Assembly (NCBI RefSeq): GCF_009914755.1
Contig: NC_060936.1
DNA from: the human T2T-CHM13v2.0 reference genome, Homo sapiens
Length of the DNA: 64,000 nt
Direction: 5' to 3' (one strand)
Under the pieces are notes generated by a model that was not told where the DNA came from, did not search any database, and was given only the letters and a program-made list of their open reading frames with translations. The translations under genes were made by a program, and so were the position numbers. Shown piece after piece: positions 27,680 to 64,000 of the stretch (position 1 is the stretch's first letter; each line of letters starts with the position of its first letter).

Positions 27680-28994
27680 TTTAAAAAATAGAATAACAAA
27701 TTTACAAGGTCGCAATTTCGACTCTTTTCACACATTTCATGATACGGAGGAAGAAAACATTTTTCCCCCGAGAGAGGCTTCAGGATGGCTGTCTACAGGC
27801 CCTCAGTACTTTCCTCCACAAAGAAGAACCAAAACACCCAGTAGAAAATCAGACTTGGAATACAGCATCTAAAAGAACACATTCGAATTAAGCAGAGAAG
27901 CGACAGGAAAGCTCTGAGGCAGGAAGGAGACAGAGGGGAGGCAGGTAGCTCAGCTGAAACTGTCTGGGAGCCCAGAGACTTCTTAGTGCAGGGAAAGTGT
28001 GTCCACATTCCCACCGCAGACTCCTGCAGTCGTAGCCATGGGAGAGCCCTGGGGGCCCCGAGACTAGGATGGGGAGCTGCCTGGAGCCTGCACCGCGCAA
28101 CAGCACTGTTCCAGGACGGAGCTCAGGCGAGGTCCCACACACCTCCTGGACCAGGCTATTTGGAGCCCAGCCCCCACAAGACTTCATCCTGCCTCGGGTC
28201 TCAACAGCTTCCGCATCTCCACATCCCTGGAGCCCCGCAGACATCCTTCACTTCCCCCACAACACCCCACACACCGGGAGGGCTGTAGTGGCACAAGGCT
28301 GATTGGTGCCAGCCGTGTGGCTGGGTCCCTGGCACTCTAGCCCCAAAGGTGTTCTACACCCCGGGGGAATCGGCAGTGCAGTGCACTGGGGAGGCTGCCT
28401 CCAGTCAAAGGGAGCCAAAACGCAAGCTCCCCAGAGCCTGACAGCCACTTGAGTGAGGTCGCTGCCACTGACAGCCACCCCGACTCCCAATAGCAAAGCA
28501 GCTGCGCACCGACAGGCTTTCTCCACCCACTGCCATCTCCACAGCCGGGACTGCCACCACCCAAGCACGCCGCTGGGGGGCGCCTGGGGATTGCCCACTC
28601 TGCCAACCACAGCCTGAGCCCTGAGCACAACATAGGGGATTGGGTTGTCTGAGGGTAGGACCACACCACCAAGCAAAGCCTCTCCCAGTGCCTGAGCACA
28701 CTGCCCAGGGGCCTGGGGATCCATGGCCCTGTCCCACCCGTAGCTCCGCGTATGCTCCTGCACCATCAGGAGGCCTGACTGAAGACCCAGCCTGGCTGCT
28801 CGCAAGCCCCACCTACCACAGCCTGTGTGCACCATCAGGAGGCCTGAGGTTGGACCCGCAAAGCCTGGTACGGCCCACAAGTGCCCAAGTGCATCATTCA
28901 GTGGCCTGCGGACCGCCTTTCCACCACCGCTGACATCTGCACTCCTTTGGGGGCCCGAGGGCTGCCCGCCCAGCCCACCCTTTGCTGCCACCAT
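27680..28994. repeat. GC-rich island, tentatively a solitary diverged SST1 (MER22/NBL2)-like monomer
   Basis: Abrupt GC/CpG-rich block in AT-rich DNA with no credible protein. Segments (agaagcgacaggaaagctctgaggc; ggcgaggtcccacacacctcctggaccaggct) resemble SST1 as recalled. Not verified. Confidence 0.4.
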
Positions 28995-29360
28995 AAAAGG
29001 TTATTGTAATGGAGGTAAAGAGTAGAATGATAGTTACTAGCAGCTGTGAAGGATGTGTGTGTGTGTGTGTGGGAGGGGGGAGGTATGCAAACATACAATT
29101 AGAAGGAATAAGTTCTAGTGTTCAACAGAATAGTAGAGTGACTATAGTTAACGACGATGTATTTTATATTTCAAAATAGTTATGAGAAGATTTGAAGTGT
29201 TCCCAACACAAAGAAATAATAAATGCTTGAGGTGATGGATATCCTAAACACCCTGACTTGATAATTACACAACCGATGCATGTATCAAAATATGACATGT
29301 ACCTTAGAGATACATGAAAATATTATGTACCAATAAGAATATAAAAAAGAAATAAAATGA
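28995..29360 (+). mobile_element. L1MA/MB 3' end with (TG)n
   Basis: agtagaatgatagttactag...ggtgatggatatcctaaacaccctgacttg...A-rich tail. Confidence 0.8.
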
Positions 29361-30029
29361 AACAAGAATACTTTTCTTATAAATCATGATGATAACAAGA
29401 ACTATAGAAATTGCACCTTCAAATTAACTTGACAAGGCAAATCCTACCTATTTTCTAATATACTACTTTCTAGCTTAAATGTAAAAAGCCAGTTATTTCA
29501 ATGAATTCAAAATTTATTTGTGGAAGTAACAGAAATGTCTCAACATGCTATGGTTTGATTAATCATTTCTACACTAACTTCTGAGAGAAGATTTGACAAG
29601 AGGACTCTGGGATAGGAGCTATCTATATCCAGGATGATTCTATCTGAGCCGCAGATGGACTTCTGTGGATTTTTTGTGTGGTTGAGGTCTATTTCTTTGT
29701 CAGCAGATACCACTTGAGTAGCAGGAGACAAGGTATAGCTTGCTACGCACTCCATCTTTCTTTTCTTTGACTCTGTCCAGCTAATTGTACAAAGTGTGTG
29801 GATCAAGCAATGACCTAGATTATCATTATATTGGATCCAAGTTATTGGTGTGTTTCTTGGGTTGGCCTAGCATTGTATTTACCAAGACTATGAGGAAAGT
29901 GGTGCTAAAATACGCTCCTGTAAATCTCCTGGCTTCCAGGCATAGTCCTTACCACAACGTGTAAGAGCAACCCAATTTCTGCCTGTATGGCTGCTGCGGC
30001 TGCTGCTGCTTCTTATTCCTCTTCTTATT

Positions 30030-30321
30030 CTTCTTCTTTTGAGATGGAGTTTCACTCTTGTTGCCCAGGCTGGAGTGCAATGGCGTGATCTCAGCTCACT
30101 GAAACCTCCGCCTCCTGGATTCAAGTGATTCTCCTGCTTCAGCCTCCTGAATAGCTGGGATTACAGGCACACGCCACCACGCCTAGCTGATTTTGTATTT
30201 TTAGTAGAGATGGGGTTTCTCCAGGTTGGTCAGGCTGGTCTCGAACTCCTGATCTCAGGTGATCTGCCCGCCTCGGCCTCCCAAAGTGCTGAGATTAAAC
30301 TGTGAGCCACTGCGCCTGGCC
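30030..30321 (-). mobile_element. AluS (Sq/Sp-like)
   Basis: gagatggagtttcactcttgttgcccaggc ... gagccactgcgcctggcc. Confidence 0.9.
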
Positions 30322-30753
30322 ACAGCAATCTTCTTCTCTGCCAGCTGCTTCAATGACTGCGGAGCCCAACGTGCAACAAGGAAGTCTCATCTTCCTGTTC
30401 ATCAGGATAATGGTCATATTCCTTATTAGAATAATCTTGCCATAGGCATTAGAACCTCTAAACCCAGCACAAACAAGATCTTGGGAAAAGGAGACAATTT
30501 TCAAGTGAATTATTAGGTGTACTAGTACAAGGCTACTCCAAATCTGAATCCTAACTCTATGCTTTTGTTCCCATACCTGTACATTCTGGCTATGGCAGAG
30601 ACAGCAACATATATTGGTAAGGCAAATACCCCCTCTTAAAAAACTGAATCCCACACTTGCAAGCTGTTTTATTCCAACTGGTGTCATTAGTGTGCTTTCA
30701 GGAAGTCATTTCAATACCCTGGTTAGCCAGTTACTTAGGGGCAAGTAACTTCT

Positions 30754-32601
<1,848 letters not shown>

Positions 32602-33021
32602 GGGCAAGTAACTTCTATAGGCATGAACTGATTGTCAATCTTTCTTTGTTGTAAAATGTCAAATACAATATTGTGTGAGGAACCATGACAATGGATAAGA
32701 CATTCTGTAACTCTTAAGTATTGATGTTAGTAGAAGCACTGTAGGCATAGAAGGCAAATCTGTTCCTAAAATATGTGATTGTTCCTATGAAGACCAAGCA
32801 GCATCTAGTCCAAGATTAAAGAGACTTAAGTAATAAATCTGCCCTTAGGTGACTGGCTGGTAAATCTCCTGGTTCCAGGCATAGTCCATGCCAAAATGAA
32901 AATGTTTTCCCCCTAAATTTTGCTTTTATTTATTTATTTTTGTATTTAGAATTAGTCTTAGAATGCCAAAAAAATTGTCAGTATTTTTTTGTCTTCTTCA
33001 AGTTATAATATTGAGCAAGTG

Positions 33022-36000
33022 CAGGTAGCCAACTAGAAGCAGCTAGTGTGTGCTGTTCTCACAGGAGAAATAGAAGGGGCTAGTAAATACAGCACCTTCA
33101 ACTGAAGCATCCAGTTACACACATTGGGATTCATCAAGAAAACAACTCAATCCGTGGAGGATGAAGTAAAGCAAGGCAGGACGACTGCCCACCCGGGAGC
33201 AACATGGAGCCAGGGGAGCCTTCCCCACCCAGGGAAGCAGTGAGTGACTGAGCACCTGGGGGAGCACAATTCTCCCATGGATCTTTGCAACCCTTGGGTC
33301 AGGAGATCCCCTTGTGAACCCATCCCACCAAGGCCTGCAGTCTGACACACAGAGCTACAGGGAGTCCTGGAAGAGTAGCCTCTCAGGCACACGCAGAGCC
33401 CTGGGAGCCTTAGATACCAGGGCTTCCCAGCAAAAGTGGCTGGGAATTTAGACATCTCTACATCCCTAGGAAAGGGGCTGAATCCAAGGGGCTGAGCAGG
33501 GATTGTCCGCAGGCCCTGCTTCCATGGCACCTCACAGGATAAGACCCTCTGGCTTGGAACTCCAGCCAGCCACTGGTAGCAAGGTTATACCTCCCCTGAG
33601 ATGAATCTCTCAGAAGGAGGGGCTGGACATCATTTTTGCTGTTTTGCAGCCTTAGCCATTGTTGCCAAAATCCAAGGTGACTAAGGATTGGAGAAGCCCC
33701 CAAAATAGCACAGCTGCTCTACAGGGAGGCTGCCAGACTGTTTTTTTCACGTGGGTCTTGGATCCCATTTCTCTTCACTGAGCAAAATCTCCTCACTGAG
33801 GTCCACAACCACCTCCACAAGTGTTTTTGAGCTGGCAACAGGTCTGTACCCCTCTGGGATGGGGTTTCCAGAGGCAAGGATAGCCCACCATCCTTGCTGT
33901 CTTACAGCCTTAGCCATTGTTGCCTTCAGGGAGTCTGAGGCGACTAGGGACTGGAGTGGTCCCCTGGCAGAGCACAGCAGCTCTACAGAAAAGTGGCCAG
34001 ATTGCCTTTCCATGTGAATCCCAGACCCTGTTTCTCTTTACTGGCTGGAATCTCAAAACCAAGATTTACAACCACCGGGTGTTTTCCAGTTGACAACACG
34101 TCTGTACCTCCCTAGGATGGAGCTCCCAGAGGGAAAGGCAGGCTGCCATTTGTGCTGCTTCACAGCCTTCACTGTTGTCACTTTTGGGCGTTGGAGAGTC
34201 TGAGGTTATGAGGGGGCTGGTTGGACCCTCAACACAGCACAGCTGCTTTACAAGAAAGTGGCCAGAGTGCTTTTTTATAGCAGTCACTGATCCTGTTTCT
34301 CCTCACTGGGTGTGACCACCCAACTGGGATCACCAGCCACCCTCACCAGTGTGTTTGGGCCAGCAACATGTTGGAACCTCCCTGGGATGGAGCTCCCAGT
34401 GGGAGAGGCAGGCTGCCATCTTTGCTGTTTCACAGCCTTCACTGTTGATACCTTCAGGTACTGGAAAATCCGAGGTAACTAGGGACTGGAGTGGACTCCC
34501 AGAATACTGCAACAGCCCTGCAAGAATGGTGGCCAGATTGTTACATGACCAGACTGTTACCTTGATCCCGTATCTCCTCGCTGGGCGGGTCTTCTCAGCC
34601 TGGGCCTCCAGCCACCCCCTGCTGTGGCTCTCGAGCCAGTAGCAGCTCTGCCACTTCCTGGACAGAGTTCCCAGTGGGAGGGGAAGGTTGCCATCTTTGC
34701 CGTCTTGCATCCCTCGCTCTGTCTCCAGGCTCTGGAGAGTCTGTGGGGACCAGGGGCTGATCTGGCCCTCAGCACAGAGCACCCACCTCATGAATAAGTG
34801 GCTGGACTGTTCTCCACACACATGCTGGACCTCACTTCTCCTCCCTGGGCACAGCCGCTGGACATGGTACTGCAGCACAACCACCCTGCCCCCAACTTAC
34901 CACTTCAATCAAAGGCAGCCCAGCATTTCTCTGAGGAGGAAATCACAGAGTCAACCCACAACCCCTCCACCACTGCAGTTGCAGCGGTGCTGCCTAATGG
35001 CCGTTGGGCTGGGGAAAGAACAAAGGGCCTAGTGACCACACTGGCCCCTCCAGCACACCACAGTCAACATACAGAAAGAGTCCAGCCCCTTTTCCCTGAG
35101 AACTTACACCCCCTAACTCTTCACCAGGCAGGGCCCCTGGCTCATGACCACAGAATGGTTGCCCCATACATGGCTGACCATACCCACTGGTAGTGGCCCA
35201 GAGTTCCCCTGGGGAGAGGCTTCCAGAGGCATCCAACAGCTCCTCTGCCACAGGGATAGAAACAGTTCTATCCCTGCTACCCTCAGTCTGGGGAAGAAAC
35301 AAAGATCCTGAGGGCTACACTCAAGCTTACAGCATGCCACAGACACCATAGGGAGAGGAGACCATTCTCTCCTCCTGATTACTCTTAATCCTCTGCTCCC
35401 CAAAAAGTGGAATACCAAGCTCATGCCAGCAATGCAGCTGCCCCACCCCCATGGCTGAACACTTCCAGTAACAGCAGCTCTGCATTCCTCAGACATGAGA
35501 CCCCCAGGGGCAACCAAAAGCCCATCTGCCACTGCCTCTGCAGCGGTACTACTCCTGCTACCCTCAGACTAATGAAGGAGCAAAGACCCTAACTACCTTA
35601 TCCATACCCCCATCAAGCAACAGTCGACCCAAGGAGAGGAGCAAAGTTCATCTCCCACAGGTCCTGCACACTTCCCCTGCTCATCACCAAGCAGAGAAAC
35701 CCTGGTTTGGGCCCACAGCACAGATACCCCCATCCTGGGCAGACTGCACTGAGCAATTGCTGACCCACACCTCTCTGGGGTAGAGCCCCTAGGAGGTAAA
35801 TAAAAGACCTTCAGCCACAACCACTCCTAAGGTCCCTTCTGCTGCTGCCTCCAAGTTGGAGAGGAAACATAAACACTGAGATCACCCCAGAGCTGTGGGG
35901 GAAAGCCCAGGAATGACAAGCCATAATCTACAGCCAACACTCAAGTGGGAGAGGATCCCAAACTTTCAGAGCATTGAGAGGCAGCATGGCTGCAACTGTG

Positions 36001-39000
36001 AAGAAATATAAGGGAGCCACACAACTGATCAAGAGCCAACCAACTGAACACTCTGCCTAAGCACAACCTACTGCATCACATCCCAAAGCTTTAATACCAA
36101 ACTACTTCACTAACATACCACCCACTCCACTATGAGACCAAAGACAAGTCAGTTGCAAGTAAAGACCCTGCACAAAGCCTCAACCCTGTGAATACATCCA
36201 GAAAAGAAGTCTACTGACTATATGCAATCTACATCATGGCTAAAGAAACACTCAAATGCAGAGAAGAGAAAGAAGCAACACAAGAACTCCAGCAACTCAA
36301 ATGGCCAGAGTTTCTTATGTCCTCCAAATGACTGCGCTAGTTATCCAACAAGGGTTTTAAACCAGCAGAGCTGACTGAAATGACAGAAATAGAATTCCGA
36401 ATATGGATAGAAATGAAGATCATCAGCATTCAGGAAAATGGTAAAACCCAATCCAAGAAAACTAAGAATCACACTAAAACAATACAAAAGCTGACAGACA
36501 GAATAACCACTATAGAAAAGAACCTAACTGATCTGCTAGAGCTGGAAAACACATTACAAGAATTTCACAATACAATTCCAAGTATTGACAGTGGAATTGA
36601 CCAAGCTGAAGAACTTGAAGACTAGCCCTCTAAAATAAGACAGTCAGACAAAAACAAAGGAAAAAGAATGAAAAGGAAGGAACAAAATCTTTGAGAAATA
36701 TAGGATTATGTAAAGGCGCCAAATCTACAAATCATCGACATCCCTGAAAGGGATGGGGAGATACAAGCTGGCATAATAACCAACTAACAATACAATGACA
36801 GGATCAAATCCACACATATGAATACTAACCTTGAATGTAAACAGACTAGCTGCCCCATTTAAAAGGTGCAGAGTGGCAAGCTGGATAAAAAATCAAAGCT
36901 CAATGGTATGCTATCTTCAGTAGAACCATCTCACACACAATGACACACAGGCTTGAAATAAAGGGATGGAGGAAAATCTAACAAGCAAATGAAAATCAGT
37001 AAAAAAAAACAGGGTTTGCAATCCTAATTTCAGACAAAACAGACTTTAAACCAATAAAGATGAAAAAAGACAAAGAAGGACATTACATAATAATAAATTC
37101 AATTCAGCGAGAAGACTTAACTATCCCAAATATATATGTACCTAGTACAGGAGCACCCAAATTCATAAAGCAAGTTCTTAGCTACAAAGAGTCTTAAATA
37201 TTTACAAAATAATAGTGGGAGACTTTAACACTCCAGACAGGTCATCAAGGGAGCAAATTAACAAAGATATTCAGAACCTGAACTTGACATTGGACCAAAT
37301 GGATTTGATAGACCTTTACAGTACTCCGAACCCAGAAAACCAGTATATACATTCTTCTCATTGCCACATGCCACATAATCTAAAATTGACCGCACAATTG
37401 AATGTAAAACAATTCTTAGCAAATGCAAAAAAAAAAAAAACAAAAACTCAAAAACCAAAAAACAAAAAAAGCAAAATCATGCCAAACACATTCTTGGACC
37501 ACAACGCAATAAAAATAGAAATCAAGACAAAACAAATCACTCAAAACCATGCAATTACATGGGAATTAAACAACATGCTCCTGAATGACTTTGGGGATAA
37601 ATAATGAAATTAAGGCAGACATCGAAACATTCTTTGAAACTCATGAGAACAAAGATACGACATACCAGAATCTCTGAGACACAGCTAAGGCAGTATTAAG
37701 AGAAAAACTTATAGCGCTAAACGCCTACACAAAAAAGTTAGAAAGATCTCAAATTTAACACTCCAACATATAACTAAAAGAACTGGAGAAGTAAGAGCCA
37801 ACCAACCTCAAAGGTAGCAGAAGACTAAATATAACCAAAATCAGAGCTGAACGGAAAGAGATTGAGATACAAAAGAAACATCAAAAAGATCAACAAATCC
37901 AGGGGTTGGTTTTTTGGAAAAAAAAAAAAGTCTCTCATTGGACTAATAATGAAGACAAGAGAGAAGACTCAAATAAATACAATTAGAAACTACAATGGGG
38001 ATGGTACCACTGACCCCCATGAAATATAAATAACCATCAAAGACTACTACAAACACCTCTATGTATACCAAACTAGAAAACTTCGAAGATATAGATAAAT
38101 TCCTGGACACATACAGCCTCCCAACACCGAACCAGGGGGAAATTGATTTCCTTAACAGACCAATAATGAGCTCTGAAATTGAATTAGTAATAAATAGCCT
38201 ACCAACCAAAAAAAGCTCAGATGGATTCACAGCCAAATTCTGCCAGATGTACAGAGCTGGTACCATTCCCACGGAAACTATTCCAAAAATTTGAGTTGAA
38301 AGGACTCCTCCCTAACTCATTCTATGAGGCCAACATCATCCTGATACCAAAACTGGCAGAAGCACAACAAAAAAAAGAAAACTCGAGGCCGGCATCCTTG
38401 AAAAACATAGATGCAAAAATTCTCAACAAAATACTGACAAACTGAATCCAGCACCACTCAAAGAGCTAATTCACCATGATCAAGTGGACATTATCTCTGG
38501 GATGCAAGGTTGGTTCAACATACACAAATCAATAAATATGACTCATTTCATAAACAGAACTAAACACAAAAATCACATGATTATTTCAATAGAAACAGTA
38601 AGAGGTTTCAATAAAACCAACACGCTTTCATGTTAAAATCACTCAATAAACTATGTATTGCAGAAACATCTCAAAATAATAAGAGCCAGCTGTAATAAGC
38701 CCACAGCCAACATTATCCTGAACAGGTGAAAGCTGGAAGCATTCCCCTTGAAAAGCACAAGACACGAATGCCCACTCTCAACATTCCTATTCAACATAGT
38801 ATTGGAAATCCTTGCCAGAGCAATCAGGTGAGAGAAAGAAATGAAGGGCATCCAAATAGGAAGAGAGGACGTAAAACTATTCCTGTTTTCAGACCATATG
38901 ATTATATACCTAGAAAACCCCATACTCTTGGCCAAAAAGCTCCTTCAACTGATAAACAACATCAGCAAAGTTTCAGGATACAAAATCAACATACAAAAAT

Positions 39001-41239
39001 CACCAACATTCCTGTACACCTATACACAACACCCAAGCTGACAGCCAAATCAGGAATGCAATTCCATTTATGATAGCCACAAAAACAATAAAATACATAG
39101 GAATACAGTCAACCAGGGAGGTGAAAGAGCTCTACAAGGATAATTACAAAACATTGCTTAAAGAAATCAGAGATGACACAAACAAATGAAAAACATTCCA
39201 TGCTCATGGATCAGAATAATAAATATCATTAAAATGGTCATATTGCCCAAAGCAATTTACAGATTTAATGCTATTCCTATCATACTACCAATGACATTCT
39301 TCACAGAACTAGAAGAAAACTATTTTAAAATTCATCTGGAACAGAAAAATTAGCCCAAATAGCCAAGGCAATCCTAAGCAAAAAGAACAACACTGGAGGC
39401 ATCACATTGCCCAACTTCAAATTATACTACAGTACTACAATATCCAAAATAACAAGGTACTGGTAAAAAAAAAAAAAAAAAGCAGACACATAGACCATTG
39501 GAACACAATGGTCTAATGCAGACACATAGACCACTGGACAGAAAGCCCAGAAATAGTGCTGCACAACTACACCCATCTGATCTTCAGCAAAGCTGACAAA
39601 AACAAGCCATGGGAAAAGGATTCCCTTTTTAATAAATGGTGCTGAGATAACTGGCTAGCCACATGCTGAAGATTGAAAGTGGACCCCTTCCTTATACCAT
39701 ATACAAAGCTCAACTCAAGATGGATAAAATACTTATGTCTAAAACCCCAAAATATAAAAAACCCTGGAAGATAACCTAGGAATTACCATCCTGGACACAG
39801 GAATGGGCAAATATTTCATGACAAAGATGCCAAAAGCAATTGCAACAAAAGTGAAACAAAACAAAACAAACAAACAAAATAATTAACTGTAAGAGCTTCT
39901 GCACAGCAAGAGAAACTATCAACAGAGTGAACAGATAATCTACAGAATGGGAGAAAATTTTTGCAGACTATGCATTTGACAAAGGTCTAATATCCAGCAT
40001 CTGTAAGAAACTTAAACCAATCAACAAGCAAAAAATAAACAACCCCATTAAAAAGTGGACTAAGGACATGAACAGATACTTTTCGTGTTTTATTTATCAA
40101 TCTTAATTTACTTCTTATCCATTTGGAGTGTCAAATAATGGCCAAAGAAATTGTAATTATAAATTAAAGAACAAAATTTAGCAAGTAAAAATAAACAAAA
40201 ATAACACAAAAATGTATTATCCTTTTACTTTTGTCATTAAGCAACAAATATATTTCTGATAATTTGTCAAATATTTTCTCCTTGAATTAATAGTTTATCT
40301 TATTTAAAAGGGTATATTGTGTTTTTAAAATTTTATTTTAAATTTGGGAGTACATGTGCAAATTTGTTACATAGGTAAACTTGTGTAATGGGGGTTTGCT
40401 GTAAAGATTATTTCTTCACCCAGGTATTAACCCTAGTACCCATTAGTTATTTTTCCTGATCCTTTCCCTCTTCCCACCCTCTATCCTCCAGTAGGCACTA
40501 ATCATTAGGGAAATGCAAATTAAAACCACAGTAAGATACCATCTCATACCAGTCGAATGGCTATTATTAAAAAGTCAAAAAATAACAGATGCTGATGAGG
40601 TAGTGGAGAAAAGGGTTCACTTATACACCTTTGATGGGAGTGTAAATTAGTTCAACCATTATGAAAGATAGCATGGTGATTCCTTAAAGACCTAAAACCA
40701 GAAATTTGACCCAGCAATCCCATTACTGGTATATACCCAAAGGAATATAAATCTATCATAAAGACACATGCATGCATCTGTTCATGGCAGCACTGTTGAC
40801 AATAGCAAAGACATGCAATCAACCTAAATGCCCATCAATGGTAGACTGGATAAAGAAAATGTGATACACATATACAAAGGAATACTATGCAGCTATAAAA
40901 AAGAATGAGATGATGTCCATTGCAGGAACATAGATGAAGCTAGAGGCCGTTACCCTTAACAAACTAATGGAGGAACAGAAAACCAAATACCACATGTTCT
41001 CACTAATAATTGGGATCTAAATGATGAGAACACATGTACACATAGAGGAGAATGACAGACACCGGAGCCTACTTGAAGGTGGAGGGTGAGAGGAGGGGCA
41101 GGATCAGAAAAACATAACTATGTAGTACTAGTCTGAATACCTGGGTGATGAAATAATATGTACAACAAACCCCTGTGACATGATTTTACCTATATAACAA
41201 ACCTACACATGTAGCCCTGAACCTAAAAGTTAAAAAAAA
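33022..41239 (+). mobile_element. Near full-length older L1PA (about PA13-16) with a long repetitive 5' UTR; ORF1 partly deleted, ORF2 disrupted
   Basis: GC-rich 5' UTR to ~36200; ORF1 remnant (36380-36625); ORF2 start atgacaggatcaaat at 36795; EN/RT fragments ([21 protein letters not shown]); 3' UTR and A-tail at 41232-41239. Confidence 0.9.
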
Positions 41240-41749
41240 TCAAATTATACTGTTAAATTATTAGCATGATTTATAAACAATATTGTTTTAGGATAAAGAA
41301 TTTAATTGCTTGGCAATTGCAAATTATTAAATTAAATATCAATATGTTAGGGAGGCTAATTCAAATGATATAAATATTTAGGCTATAACAAAAGGCAGCT
41401 ATATATTATTAACCTCACCTCAAAAAGGGGCATAATTTCCATTCCCTTGACTTTAAGGGTAAATTAAGAGAAATTTGTAAAGCACTCAAAAGAATATTCA
41501 ATTCAATATGTGGTGGACAGTTGAGAAATTATGTGTTATCTATGTCATGGGAAAGCAACTTTTAAAAAGAAAACATTTCCTCTGAGGTTTTCACAAATAA
41601 GTGAAACTGTGAACCCTCATATGTACTGTGAAAGGACAATTTGAGGAGCATCTCTGATTAGCAGCAGATTTATTATTCTTTCCTCATTTCATGTTATACT
41701 TAATAAAACAAAACATACCTGTATACACACACATTCACTCACATTGAAG
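41240..41749 (+). promoter_or_regulatory. KLRF1 proximal promoter and 5' UTR
   Basis: Unique ~500 bp between the L1 poly(A) tail and the ATG; IRF-like AAGTGAAACT at 41599-41608. TSS is inferred, not seen. Confidence 0.55.
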
Positions 41750-58729
<16,980 letters not shown>

Positions 58730-59181
58730 AGTTTGACAAAATTCACAGTGAAATAATCAATGATCACTATTTTTGGCCTATTAGTTTCTAATATTAATCT
58801 CCAGGTGTAAGATTTTAAAGTGCAATTAAATGCCAAAATCTCTTCTCCCTTCTCCCTCCATCATCGACACTGGTCTAGCCTCAGAGTAACCCCTGTTAAC
58901 AAACTAAAATGTACACTTCAAAATTTTTACGTGATAGTATAAACCAATGTGACTTCATGTGATCATATCCAGGATTTTTATTCGTCGCTTATTTTATGCC
59001 AAATGTGATCAAATTATGCCTGTTTTTCTGTATCTTGCGTTTTAAATTCTTAATAAGGTCCTAAACAAAATTTCTTATATTTCTAATGGTTGAATTATAA
59101 TGTGGGTTTATACATTTTTTACCCTTTTGTCAAAGAGAATTAACTTTGTTTCCAGGCTTTTGCTACTCTTCACTCAGCTAC

Positions 59182-59187
59182 AATAAA
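59182..59187 (+). terminator. KLRF1 polyadenylation signal AATAAA
   Basis: Canonical AATAAA ~450 nt after the stop codon; cleavage expected near 59205-59210. Confidence 0.8.
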
Positions 59188-59358
59188 CATCCTGAATGTT
59201 TTCTTAAATAGTAGCACCTTTATTTCTATGATAGAAGCCCTAAAAGTAGTATTTCTAGGTAAAAGTGTTAAATGTGTTGTTTTATATTTTATACAATTTT
59301 TATATGTTGCACTTTTCTTTCCAAATTTAGAAGCTTTCAAACTTATAAGAAGATATTA

Positions 59359-64000
<4,642 letters not shown>

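Noticed and set aside
27786-27830. gtctacaggcc resembling the start of 5S rRNA
   Set aside because: Similarity ends after ~10 nt; no internal control region.
28248-28994. 248-aa ORF (and overlapping ORFs) in the GC-rich island as a novel gene
   Set aside because: Long ORFs occur in several frames on both strands, as expected from GC content; no recognisable domain, splice structure or poly(A)/TSD.
33115-35820. Cluster of 70-184 aa ORFs with repeated peptides
   Set aside because: Explained by the monomer repeats of the L1 5' UTR.

Overview
Repeat-rich primate genomic DNA, almost certainly human natural-killer gene complex (12p13.31, between CD69 and CLEC2B), identified from recalled protein sequence rather than a search. 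The only intact protein-coding gene is KLRF1 (NKp80) on the + strand: six coding exons (41750-58729) splice with GT-AG junctions into a 231-aa type II C-type lectin-like receptor. The rest is mostly L1, Alu, L2/MIR and LTR/ERV debris. No prokaryote-type system, CRISPR array or RNA gene was found, and I cannot support a new functional system. The most interesting items are: (1) a probable decayed C-type lectin gene on the - strand at ~7.1-8.6 kb with phase-consistent splice sites; (2) an L1-retrotransposed, twin-primed HERV-H env mRNA copy in KLRF1 intron 3 that keeps an open TM/immunosuppressive-domain frame and the U3 promoter; (3) a GCNA/ACRC retrocopy lacking both the acidic repeat and the SprT catalytic core, nested in an ancient ERV-L and itself carrying an AluY; (4) a solitary GC-rich SST1-like monomer; (5) a 54-bp palindrome inside an LTR; (6) candidate lymphocyte enhancers. 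Repeat subfamily calls and boundaries are by eye and approximate.
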